DNA of 64,000 nt, taken from positions 1 through 64,000 of the forward strand of contig NW_021836143.1 of assembly GCF_006345805.1 (NCBI RefSeq), given 5' to 3'. The translations under genes were made by a program, and so were the position numbers. The stretch comes from Octopus sinensis (Eukaryota). Under the pieces are notes generated by a model. The model did not search any database. It was given only the letters and a program-made list of their open reading frames with translations, and was not told where the DNA came from. Shown here one piece after another: positions 49,981 to 61,468 of this stretch; within the stretch, counting starts at the first letter, position 1, and each line of letters opens with the position of its first letter.

Positions 49981-50210
49981 TTTCTTTATTACCCACAAGG
50001 GGCTAAACACAGAGGGGACAAACAAGGACAGACATAGGTATTAAGTCGATTACATCGACCCCAGTGCGTAACTGGTACTTAATTTATCGACCCTGAAAGG
50101 ATGAAAGGCAAAGTCGACCTCGGCAGAATTTGAACTCACAACGTAACGGCAGACGAAATACCGCTAAGCATTTCGCCCGACATGCCAACGTTTCTGCCAG
50201 CTCGACGCCT
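49981..50210 (-). mobile_element. Family-M SINE, best-preserved copy
   Basis: Reverse complement reads GGCGTCGAGCTGGCAGAA (A box) ... GAGTTCAAATTC (B box) ... GTCGACTTTGCCTTTCATCCTTTCAGGGTCGATAAATTAAGTACC. 14-bp direct repeat TATGATTTATTACC at 49965-49978 and 50222-50235. Confidence 0.88.
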
Positions 50211-50590
50211 TATTTGAGATTTATGATTTATTACCACTTGATGCTTAGTTTTTATCTGACAATGTTAAAGCATCTGCTCTTTTGATTTTTGTCAAAGGGA
50301 AATGCCTAACACAGACATTACTTACTGTGGCTAATATACTCATAAACATTTTAACATATACTCAACAAGTAAATAGAAGTGTCAGAGACCCATATGTTCA
50401 TGCTTGTGATCAAATTATGAAAATTTTCCCATACATAGAAATACATATTATAATATAGCAGAATAGCTGAAATGCTACTCATGTACATTATTTGAAAATT
50501 TGGAGCAGAGAAAGACATGACAAAAGCCAAATGAGTGTTATGGGAGGCATTGAATACTTAGAGGAGTATTAATTTTTATTAAAAATAGTA

Positions 50591-50920
50591 TACTCTTTAC
50601 TCTTTTACTTGTTTCAGTCATTTTAACTATGACCATGCTGGAACACTGCCTTTAGTCGAGCAAATCAATCCCAGGACTTATTCTTTGTAAGCCTAGTACT
50701 TATTCTATCAGTCTCTTTTGCCGAACCACTAAGTTACGGGGATGTAAACACACCAAAATCTGTTGTCAAGCGATGTTGGGGGGACAAACACAGACACATA
50801 AATGTATACATATACACATAAATATATATCAACGGGCTTCTTTTAGTTTCTGTCTACCAAATCCACTCGCAGGGCTTTGGTTTGTAAACAAGCTACTTAC
50901 CACACAGCCACTCCTGTGCC
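50591..50920 (-). mobile_element. Family-K SINE with internal deletion
   Basis: Tail and body match family K. The segment between GGCTTTGGT and AGCTACTTACC is missing. Confidence 0.88.
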
Positions 50921-51051
50921 TATATCTAACAATATATTTTAAACATTTCAAAAAAAGCAATCTTATTTTTGGGAGACTTAAATACAAATGGGACATTGTG
51001 TTATCAGTGAGACGTGATGAACCAAGGTTAAATATCTTTATCTTCCAGATA

Positions 51052-51252
51052 TTCTTTTACTTGTTTCAGTCATTTGACTGCGGCCATGCTGGAGCACTGC
51101 CTTTAGTCGAGCAAATTGACCCCAGGACTTATTCTTTGGAAGCCCAGTACTTATTCTATCGGTCTCTTTTGCCAAACCACTAAGTGACAGGGATGTAAAC
51201 ACACCAGCATCGGTTGTCAAGCAATGCTAGGGGGACAAACACAGACACACAA

Positions 51253-51285
<33 letters not shown>

Positions 51286-51443
51286 CGACGGGCTTCTTTT
51301 AGTTTCCGTCTACCAAATCCACTCACAAGGCATTGGTCAGCCCGGGGCTATAGCGGAAGACACTTGCCCAAGATGCCATGCAGTGGGACTGAACCCGGAA
51401 CCATGTGGTTGGTTAGCAAGCTACTTACCACACAACCACTCCT
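51052..51443 (-). mobile_element. Family-K SINE
   Basis: Near full-length match to family K. Confidence 0.92.
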
Positions 51444-51535
51444 ATTGCACACATTTCCACAATCACAATTCTTAATGTATCCATTTTCCCATTTTATCCA
51501 GTTCACTATTGAGGAAACAAAAGTACTCTATTTAT

Positions 51536-52135
51536 CCCTTTAGCATTCAGATTACTATATCAAATATAATGCTTATTAATTCACATTGTTTTGAATTAAT
51601 CATGCACTAGCTTGTAGATTCAAGAATTTGATGATGTCTTTCACTCTTTTATTTGTTTCAGTCATTTGACTGTGGCCATGCTGGAGCACTGCCTTTAGTT
51701 GAGCAAATCGACCCCAGGACTTATTCTTTGTAAGCCTAGTACTATTGGTCTCTTTAGCTGAACCGCTAAGTGACAGGGACGTAAACACACCACCATCGGT
51801 TGTCAAACAATGTTGGGGGGACAAACACAGACACACACAAACACACACATATATATATACATACGACGGGCTTCTTTCAGTTTCCGTCTACCAAATCCAC
51901 TCACAGGGCTTTGGTTGGCCCGAGGCTATAGTAGAAGACACTTGCCCAAGATGCCACGCAGTGGGACTGAACCCGGAACCATGTGGTTGGTAAGCAAGCT
52001 ACTTACCACTCAGCCACTCCTGCGCATGTGATAGCTTAGTTTTAGAATGACATTTTAGATCAGTGTGAGAGGCTCCATCTGTTTATTTAGAATACAGAAC
52101 AGGTAGAATATTTGACTGCTTTAAATGCTAAAGTG
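51536..52135. mobile_element. piggyBac-type MITE (7486 family) split by a family-K SINE
   Basis: CCCTTTAGCATTCAGATTAC at 51536 and TTTAAATGCTAAAGTG|TTAA at 52135. Confidence 0.7.
51639..52025 (-). mobile_element. Family-K SINE nested in the MITE
   Basis: Near full-length match to family K. Confidence 0.92.
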
Positions 52136-53620
52136 TTAATGAGGTGTTATGAACACAACAACACTCCCAGTTAAGGAATAAAATTTTAACCACATAACAA
52201 AGCTTCATATTGATTGTTATTTGTTTTTCTGGTACTGTGAAATTTTGACTTTTTTGTCATTTTGTTACTTTGCAGTAAACTGAATATAACCGTACCAACC
52301 CTACAACCACAACCTGTTGAATGAAATACATCAATGTTATTTATATGCCAACACACATTCACAGATAGATACAAACCTAGCCAAAATAAGATGCAAACAA
52401 TATCTGGACCTTTGACCTGTCCATTAAAACCACCAAGTATGTGAAGACTACAACTGTAGCAACTCATTCAATCCATACCAGCATGAAAAATAGACATATC
52501 ATAATATGTTTATAATCTGCATGTGTATGTGTGTGCGTACATATATGTATACAGGTATGAATATGACAGTCTCTCAACCCAGTTAGGTAAACAGTAACAG
52601 TATATAAGAACTGACTCAACTTTAATAACCTATTTAATTGAAGTTAGGAGGAAAACAAAAATGGGGGTAAACAATGTTGAAGAGACACACAGACAAACAT
52701 TTCTGAGGAGTCATACATGTCACCACAAGATTTAAAAAATTTAGCCCAGAACTTCTTTCTGATTTAAAAATGAATATTTGATACTATCGAAAGAGAGTAC
52801 ATTAATTCAGTCTTGTAAACTTAGATGCAAACAAGTTACTGAGTTGTAAAAGGCGAAATTTTATATATCGTTCTTATTTTGGAATTTTCTGAAAATTTTT
52901 GTGAATTTGTGTTCTACACATGGGAATTCATATGACTATGCAAAAAAAAGAAACATTAAAAAAAGTTTGATGAATTTTTTAAAATATTAAGAAAAAATAT
53001 GTTTTTTAAAAATCACAGTTTTAAATATCATCATTAAACGATGATGATGATGATAATTTAAAATACAGAAAGTCCGAATTTTTTTGGCTTAAATCTCAGC
53101 AATAGACCATTAAATGAGTTTATGAGGAGAAAGATATTGAAAAACATCAATGCATCAGTGACAACAAACAAGGATGGTATGAGGTGGTCATGAAATGTGC
53201 AAAAAAATAAGAGCTAAATACCACTCAAATAAATTTTTTTTTGCTTTTACTTTATATGAATTCCCACGTGTAGAAAACAAATTTGCAAAAATTTTCTTAA
53301 AATTCCAAAAATTAAAGAAGTAATGAGAGGTTAATATACCATGCGTAAAGCAGAATTCCACCTTGTAAAATACCTGACTCACTTCTGTGTACATCTATTG
53401 TCAAAAAGGATATACACTTATGGTAATCCAAATGTACTGACATTAAATAAATTATATATGCATGTACATCAGTCCGTTTCGGTAAAAATAATTACTTAAC
53501 CATGTAGATAGATAAGCAGGTAAAGAACGATTTCAAAATTGAACAATGTTTTCTTGAGAAGAAAATGTCATATAATGTGCATTTGTGTGTGTGTATAAAA
53601 GAATATACAGAAATCCATCC

Positions 53621-53623
<3 letters not shown>

Positions 53624-53676
<53 letters not shown>
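53624..53676. repeat. (TG)n(TA)n compound microsatellite
   Basis: Directly visible. Confidence 0.95.
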
Positions 53677-55099
53677 GGTGTATGAAATGTGTTGAGCCTT
53701 GAAGTCTTGTACCTTCATCAGAAGTTTTGTACCATGTTCTGTTTTATTTTTTTAAATTCAATTCAAAGTATAAAAGTTATAGGCATAAACATTTTTTTTA
53801 ATCCCATGTTTGGTGGTATTGAGGAACAAAAATATGAAATAACAAATAGTTGCTACCAAGTTTTCTATTTCAAGAAATTATTCGACATAATACCTTTGGT
53901 GTATATTTTTATTTTAGAATAAAGAATATCTATGAAAGAATAAAAAAAGATGGAAATAGAAAGGGGAAAAAAAAAATTGGGTTAAAGAAAATACGGTTTT
54001 TCTTTCTGAACACTCTTTAATTTTCACTTCCTTTAATGTTTCTTAACTTCATTAGGATAAAAGTGTAGGCAGCAATGAATGATTCAGAAAAATAAAATCA
54101 TGAAAGCTGTTCATGTGCAAATTAAGTACTTTGTGCACAAATCTATTATGTATCCAAGTATGTCATATATATATATATATATATATATATCATATGCGTA
54201 GAGTACTCAGAAATATTTGCAAGACTGTGTGTATATATATATAAATATATGGCTTCAGATGTTTTCTTATGCATAGCCTACATGCTCAGTGTACATATGC
54301 ACATGCACATATATGAAAAACTGTTAAAAGAGTAATGAATGCAGTCAATAAATTCTTGAAAGAGATAGACCAAAATTTATGTTTAATATCTTTACTTTGA
54401 ATTTATGAGAGTAAAGAAATATATATATGTATGTGTGTATATATATATATATTTTTAATTTTTGGATGAAAAATATGAACCAAAATTTCAAGTTTTATTA
54501 CATTGTGAGAACAAAAAGAAATAAGGAAGATAGTGAAAAGAAAAAATTTAAACTATATTTTTATGGTTGAAAGCCCTTGACTAAAATTATGATTTCAAAT
54601 TAGGGTTACCGATTTTTTGGTCAATTATAGTCCAATAAATTAGTGTTCTTTTTCCATTTTTCAGTGCAGTCAATTACAATTTCTCTGTTGAGTTTGTGAA
54701 GATTTGCAGTTCGTTATATAAGTATGAGAAACAGATATTTTAGCTGCTTAATATTCTTCTTAGAATTGCTTTTGTCTAACAATGTTGCTGTGATTATGCA
54801 GGACTGTATCTTCTTTACATCACAAAATAGGTTTTCTAATTGGCACAAATAGAAACTATTTTACTGCATTTTATACATCAAAGTGCAGTGACTCCTAAAT
54901 CCTAGCTTGCATTTATTTGTAAATACTTGATAAGCTTCTCAACAAAACAGCATTTGCAAAAATAATGTAAATGGCCAATTACAAGGTTATATAATATTTT
55001 AAATTATTAGTGTAATATACTAAATAATCATTCAGAGCCCATAATATAAACTATGGTTATTTCATTAGTAATAATTATATTTGCAAGTTATCAAATGAC

Positions 55100-55520
55100 A
55101 TTGTATATTTTAATCTTTTTATTGGTTTGGTCTGAAGGAAGGAATTGCGACAATGGTCATTGAAGGCTCTCTGAGACCAATGAAACTGATGAAGTTTGTT
55201 CCTTTTGAATAGTTACAAGCTGATGGCTGAAGGAAATACTTAGGTAGGATGGGAATTTCTTAGGAGAAAAGAGTAAGTGTAGCAGTTACTTTGTGCTTGG
55301 GAGTAGACATAATATGGATTGCAAATGAGAGATGAGTGTGTCATGAGCAGCTAAGCAGATGTGGCAAGAATCCATCTGACTCCTAGTAGCAGAAACTCCA
55401 GTAGTAGTGGTAGAGAAGACAGAGGGAAGAAACAGCACATCTATAGGCCAGAGACTGGAGTGTGTTGGTGAGTGACTTCATACCAATCAAGTGATTGGAG
55501 GTAGGGATGAGGAAATGTAC
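55100..55520 (-). mobile_element. CR1/L2-group LINE 3' remnant
   Basis: LIGMKSLTNTLQSLAYRCAVSSLCLLYHYY..C aligns with the 13381 fragment. Followed by YSFLLR..VFPS..LFKRN and an AATAAAA end. Confidence 0.6.
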
Positions 55521-57697
55521 CCACAGTCCCCCAAAAAACCCCACTTGGTTCCTTTTGTATCTGTATATGTAACAGCATATCATTCCATGTATGGAGCTGT
55601 ATACTATTGTAAATTTAACCTAAACTTTGTGGTGGGGTTAGTATTCATTAAAAGTTGATGCATTTTCTAACATTAAAAAGAAAGAAATTTCTATGTAAAT
55701 TTATGCAAAATTAATTATTCCTGGTAACTTCGAGTGTATTTATAGAATCATAATAGGTATCAATAACCTACAGACAATTTGTAAATATGTATTTTTAAAA
55801 ACTTCTCCACTATACTCTGATGCATAGGGAGTTAATTAATTTCAAAACTAAGTTGTTCTTGTTTAGTTCCAAATCAACCCTGATTGGGTAAATCTAATGC
55901 TGGAGATATTGCAGCTGTAATCATCTGGTCATTTTTATACACCAACAACCACGTTGTCTAAGATATCCTTCTCTTTTGAACATAGTAGTTTGTTATTTGG
56001 CTGCTAATTCTAGCAGATCAAGTGGCTGAATACAAGCTTCATGATTGGAGCATTCAAAATCAACTTGCTGCTGTCTAGCTCTAGATTAGTTCGAATTCTA
56101 CAAGCCTATCATTAAATGCAATCCAGTCATGCCCATCTTATTTCTTTTTCCATATCTAGGATAAAATGTCTGATGAGTCCTTTCCTTTTTAAATTGATAG
56201 TCTATGTGAAAATGGAATTTGTTGTTATTTCTAGCAGGTTGAGCGACCGTGTAGAGGCCTCCAGGTAAACTATTTGAATGCTACTTGTACCATTCTTGAT
56301 TGAATTAACAATAATTAATCAGTTTTTGTTCTATATTGAATATATTAGAGTATTTTACAGAAATAAAACATATTACAAGGAACTAAGAAGAATTTACATA
56401 ATTCATATGATTAGAAACATTAAAAGAAGTGATTCGCGTAAAAATGTTTTTAGATCCACTTTCAAAAGGTTAAAAATGGAATATAATTGGCTGTTTAGAG
56501 AGATTTTGATGAGAGAAATCCAGAGATAAGGGAAAATGAAAACTATACGGCACCAGTTTGATATTTAATGCCATCCACGTCAAAGTTAAAAAAACAAAAC
56601 ATAATGGAAATGACACACCCCAAATCAGGATAACTGAATTTTACAAAGAAGCCAGTGGGAGGCCAATAATTGCTTAAATCATATTAGTATGCAAAATGCT
56701 AAAAATCAATAGCTCAGTAATGATTATAGCAGTGATGACGATGGTGGTGATGATGATGATAGTGGTGATGATGATTATGATGGAGGTGTTGGTGGTGACG
56801 ATAATGATGGTGGAATTAGTGGTGGTAATGACGATCATAATGCTGAATATATTTAAAAATCAGTGAAAGATAGTATTCTGTAAAACACTTGATCTTGTTC
56901 CTTGCACAAACATAGCAAAATTCATAGATGTCCCATCAAAGAATGCATTAAGTAGCTGGTTGGGTGGGTATCATTTTTGGATGTGTGGACTGATTACAGC
57001 TCATAGAAGCAGATGCATAAAAGTTTAATGGCAAAGGTAAAAACACTCCTGACACAAAAACAACAAGTCCAAAATCTGCTAAAAGTAGATGATTAGATTT
57101 TAAGGCAAAAACCCAACTAATGGGAAAATAATACCTATTTCTTTTCAAAAACTGTTACTGTTACAGAAGGAATCTAAACTCTGAAAGTTCCTAATTCTAA
57201 TGAATTTTACAAGACTTTGGAAAGTTGTAAATACATACAGCAAATAGAGATATTCACACACACACAGAATATATGTTCATGCATACACATACACATTACA
57301 TGCATGCATATATATTGATTGCAATTTAGCAAGAGAACTGTCACAGCTACTTCATTTTGCTTCAAGCTATTTCACCTACAGCATTAATGTCTTTGTAAAA
57401 GGCATAAATACTGCAACCCCTCCTTCCTTGTTTGTCAAAGTCAATAGTACTTGTGATACATTGTTGGCTAACTTAGGTCATAAAAGTCAAGTAATTGATT
57501 TTATTTATAATACTCATGTGTGAGCTAAATAAATGTTTCTATAATTATAAAACATGACAAATGTTCATTGCATTGAATAAAAACCTTGAAGGTGAACCAA
57601 TGAGTTAGATTTTATACAACTCCTTGATCTTCTAAAAATAGCAACCAAATATCCCTCAAATCACACCTTTTCACCTTAAAATAAAAGCAATGGATAG

Positions 57698-58317
57698 TTA
57701 GGCGTAAGAAGAATTGGTTGCTGTGTGCAAGAGAGAAGACTGTGCTGGTTTGGTAATGTGATGCGGATGGATGCTGACAGCTTCTTAAAAGATTGCTGAC
57801 CTCTCAAAGTAGATGAGACATGTGGAAGCAGGAGACCCAGGAAGACATGGGATGAGGTATTGAAGAGTGACTTCAGGATGCTGAACCTTTCAGGCAAGAT
57901 GACAAAGGACCAAGATGCCTGGTGCCAAGTCATTCTCAAGAAGAACTGTACTCCACAGCAGAAGTGTTAAGACCGATCTTTCTAGTGGTGTAAAGGACTT
58001 GTGGTAGTGTCACGTAAAAAAACATCCATGTGGTGCAATGTAAAAGTGCCCATACAGTTCCACATAAATGTGCCTGTGCAGTCCCACATAAATGTGCCTG
58101 TGTGGTGCCATGTAAAAGCACTCGAGTGGCACCATGTAACAGCAACTTTTGCAGTGCCATGTAAAAGCATCCAGCACAGTGGTTGATGTTAAGAAGGGCA
58201 TCCATAGAAACCATACCAAATAAGACTGGAGTCTAGTGTACCTCCCCAGCTTGCCAGCCCTGGTCAAACAGCCCAACCCATGCCAGTATGAACAACGGAC
58301 ATTAAAAGATGATGATG
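57698..58317 (+). mobile_element. 5'-truncated RTE-type LINE: ORF2 end, tandem-unit 3' UTR and ATG tail
   Basis: LGVRRIGCCVQERRLCWFGNVMRMDADSFLKDC*PLKVDETCGSRRPRKTWDEVLKSDFRMLNLSGKMTKDQDAW matches the RTE-clade RRLRWxGHVxRM...GRPRKTW C-terminus. Confidence 0.85.
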
Positions 58318-59723
58318 GGGATATACTTTACAGGAAAAAAATATATCTGATCGAGGTCTACTTGGAGCTGAATTATAAGAAATCTAAAGATAGCTAAAAG
58401 TCTACTTGAACATATATGTCACAAATTCATTCACTCATTTTACCATAATTTTTCTGTGCTGGTATTAGTCAGATGAGTATTTATTTTGAGGCAGTATTTT
58501 TACAGCCAGACCAGATATTCTTCTTGTCACCAATCCATTTCTCTTTCACAAAGTAGTTTTTATTCTTCCACTTCTGGACTAGAGAGCTATGAGATGCTGT
58601 GCTCACCATTTTTTCACTCAGATGATTGCATATGAGAAGCAAGATGGACAACATTCATGCAAACATACATACACACAAGATGAACTTTTATGTAATTTTC
58701 ATCTGCCAACTTCACCTACAAGGCATTGGTCAGCTCTAGGCAACAGATGTTTGCTTATGTTGCCATGCAACGATACAGGACTCAAGACCAAGAGGTCACA
58801 GAGCAAACTTCTTAGCTACACAAAAATTAAATCTAATAAACATTAGGAATGAACTATATGCACTACAGCTTCAGAAGTTTAATTCAATAAACACCACAGT
58901 ACAAAGAAATGTATAATTTATGAATGGATAGACGGAGGCATGGAAGTATGTGTGTTTGTGCATGTATTTACAGTTTAAAGTAGTCAACTATAAACTATTT
59001 GTATACTCAACTAATTTTCAAATTTAGTTTTTCAAAGCTTCATCAATTATTTCTGTGTAACATAATAGTGTGTAATTCTGTAGATGTGGTAAAAACCAGT
59101 GGTTAATGCCAAGCAACCAGGATATATTATTCAATTGTTTACTATAGTGTAAGAACCTTAAATTATATGAACAGAAGATGTATACATTCACCAAAAGTGA
59201 GCATTTTATTAGTTTGTTCTAAAAAAAAACAACATAGATTCCATAGTGTTTGACAGCCACACATTTCTTTTTGAAATGACCTCAGATTTGAATTCATCTT
59301 TCTTTTTTTTCTGCCCTTTAACAAAGTCTAGTAGCCTGAAGAAAATATATGGGAATGTCACAAGAGCATTGTCAATGGGTTTACCATTTTCGTTTTTGCC
59401 AAAAACAATTAATAAAATAGAAACTTGGCTTTTAAAACAGTTTTTGGAGTCATATTAAGAAGGAAAAAAAAAAATGATTTTTGTTAAATATTTCAGGTAA
59501 GATATTTACTTAAATATGAAAGAAAAACCCAAAAGGGGTAAATACCATTACTGCAAAGGCATTAGAAAAAAAAGAAAGAAAAAAAGTCTTTTTCACACAA
59601 CAGTAGCAGAATTCTCATTAAATATGTATGGATATAAAAGGACATGTAATTCAATTTGACTTTCTTCCAAGTTATAAAGATGAATCTAGGCTTGTAGGAT
59701 ACATTTAGTACACATTGCATGCC

Positions 59724-59754
<31 letters not shown>

Positions 59755-59758
<4 letters not shown>

Positions 59759-60055
59759 ATAGCTTAGTGGTTGAGGTGTTGCACTCACGATTACAAGATC
59801 GTGCGTTCGATTCCCAGACCAGGTGTTGCGTTGTGTTCATGAGCAAAGCACTTCATTTCACATTGCTCTGGGATCATTTCGACATCTGACATGTGACACC
59901 CAGTTGCACCTGTACAGGTAATGTCAATTTGATGGAAGGAATGAGCTTATGTCTACGCAAACATTTGATCACTATAAACAAATCATCTATGTGGTTGTTC
60001 AGTAAGAAATTGTCGAACCCTCATACATCATCTAATGACAGGAGAATCCATTGTT
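59755..60055 (+). mobile_element. tRNA-headed SINE, H2-like head + tail T3
   Basis: AGCTTAGTGG (A box), GCGTTCGATTCCC (B box), GTTGTGTTCATGAGCAAAGCACTTCATTTCAC (as in the 3451 head). Unrelated tail. Inserted at a (TG)n tract (59728-59757). Confidence 0.78.
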
Positions 60056-60069
60056 ATATTATATTATAT

Positions 60070-60545
60070 TATCATCATCGTTTAACGTCCTTTCTCCATA
60101 CTAGCATGGGTTGGACGGTTCGAGCTGGGATCTGGGAAGTCAGAAGGCTGCACCAGGCTGCAGTCTGATCTGGCAGTGTTTCTACAGCTGGATGCCCTTC
60201 CTAACGCCAACCACTCCGTGAGTGTAGTGGGTGCTTTTTACGTGCCACCTGCGCAGGAGTCAGTCCAGCGGTCCTGGCAACTGCCAGGTGCCAGTCATAG
60301 GATTGGTTCAATTTCGATTCCGATTTCACTTGCCCCAACAGGTCTTCACAAGCAGAGTTTAGTGTCCAATGAAGGGAGGTTGGCATGGGTGCCTGTCGTC
60401 GGATGATGTTCGATTTTGACTTCGCTTGCCTCAACAGGTCTTTGTGTGTCCAAGGGAGGAAAGACATGCATAAGTGGGCTGGACTCACTTGTCCTGCCAG
60501 GTCTTCTCACACAGACTCACTTGTCCTGCCGGGTCTTCTCATGCA
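60070..60545 (-). mobile_element. RTE-type LINE 3' end with a third 3' UTR variant
   Basis: Conserved terminal ~175 bp. Upstream segment differs from the 35962 and 57698 copies and has a duplicated GACTCACTTGTCCTGCCRGGTCTTCTCA unit. Confidence 0.82.
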
Positions 60546-60547
60546 AT

Positions 60548-60552
<5 letters not shown>

Positions 60553-60596
<44 letters not shown>
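60553..60596. repeat. (TA)n microsatellite
   Basis: Pure TA run. Confidence 0.95.
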
Positions 60597-60597
<1 letters not shown>

Positions 60598-61468
60598 CAG
60601 CATCAGTAACAAGCAGAGGTGAGGAATAAACAAACTTTAGGTTAGTTAAAATATGTCTGTGATTATTTTAACATCTAAAGGCAAATGTACTGCAGTTACC
60701 ATGGAGACAGATTCTGTCTTAAAAGTGTAAAAATACCATACTGGCCCAGTGTATCCCTCTCATAGGTTCTCTGACATGCATTTTTCTACAGCTGAATGCT
60801 CTTCCTGTTTCCAACCCTTATCTATTTCTAAAAAAATGAAATATTTCTTCCAGTCTTTTATACAATAAGCAGCTCAAAGGCTGGTCATCTTTCTATGGAA
60901 GATTGTACAAAAAAGCTGCCGCAATTATAAAAAGATGACTTCATTGATAATCAATGTGTAAATGTCAAGATGTAGGAAGAATAAACATAAGGCCTGTTCC
61001 ATGCAAGCATGAAGAGGTGAGTGTTGAAATAATGACAATGTTGATGTATAGATAAATGCACACGCATATGAAAAGGTTACAACTATTTTGCCCAGAGTAA
61101 TATTCAACATTCACCCTCAAATAGCCACCACCACCACCACCACTTCTACTTAACTAATTGAACACTCTCACTAATATTGCACTGCTAATGAAAGCTGATT
61201 AACATTTTCATCCTTAATGTAAAACAGTTAATATTGACAGGAATTTACAGAGTGTTAAATGATTACAAGTGGAGGAAAGATTGTCATTGGATGAGTAGGA
61301 TAGAACTTTTAGGTAATTTTCTTCGCTTAAAATACTGATGTTCTAGAGAAAAGAATGAATGACCCTTAATTTAATTTTCTGTGTTTCGTGAGTCAAGAAA
61401 TAAAATCTTCAAGCCCCAAATTACAAATAAGTATCTATATTTGCAAATATATTCACCTGTTGTATATA

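Noticed and set aside
52186-52467. APE-like motif ILGGFNGQVKG in a minus-strand ORF
   Set aside because: Single short motif with no colinear support. At most a very old LINE trace.
56725-56845. Asp/Gly-rich GAT/GGT tract as an acidic coding segment
   Set aside because: Degenerate trinucleotide repeat without splice signals or flanking coding sequence.
57975-58170. CRISPR-like repeat/spacer array
   Set aside because: Units are degenerate with short related linkers, lie in an RTE LINE 3' UTR in eukaryotic DNA, and have no cas genes nearby.
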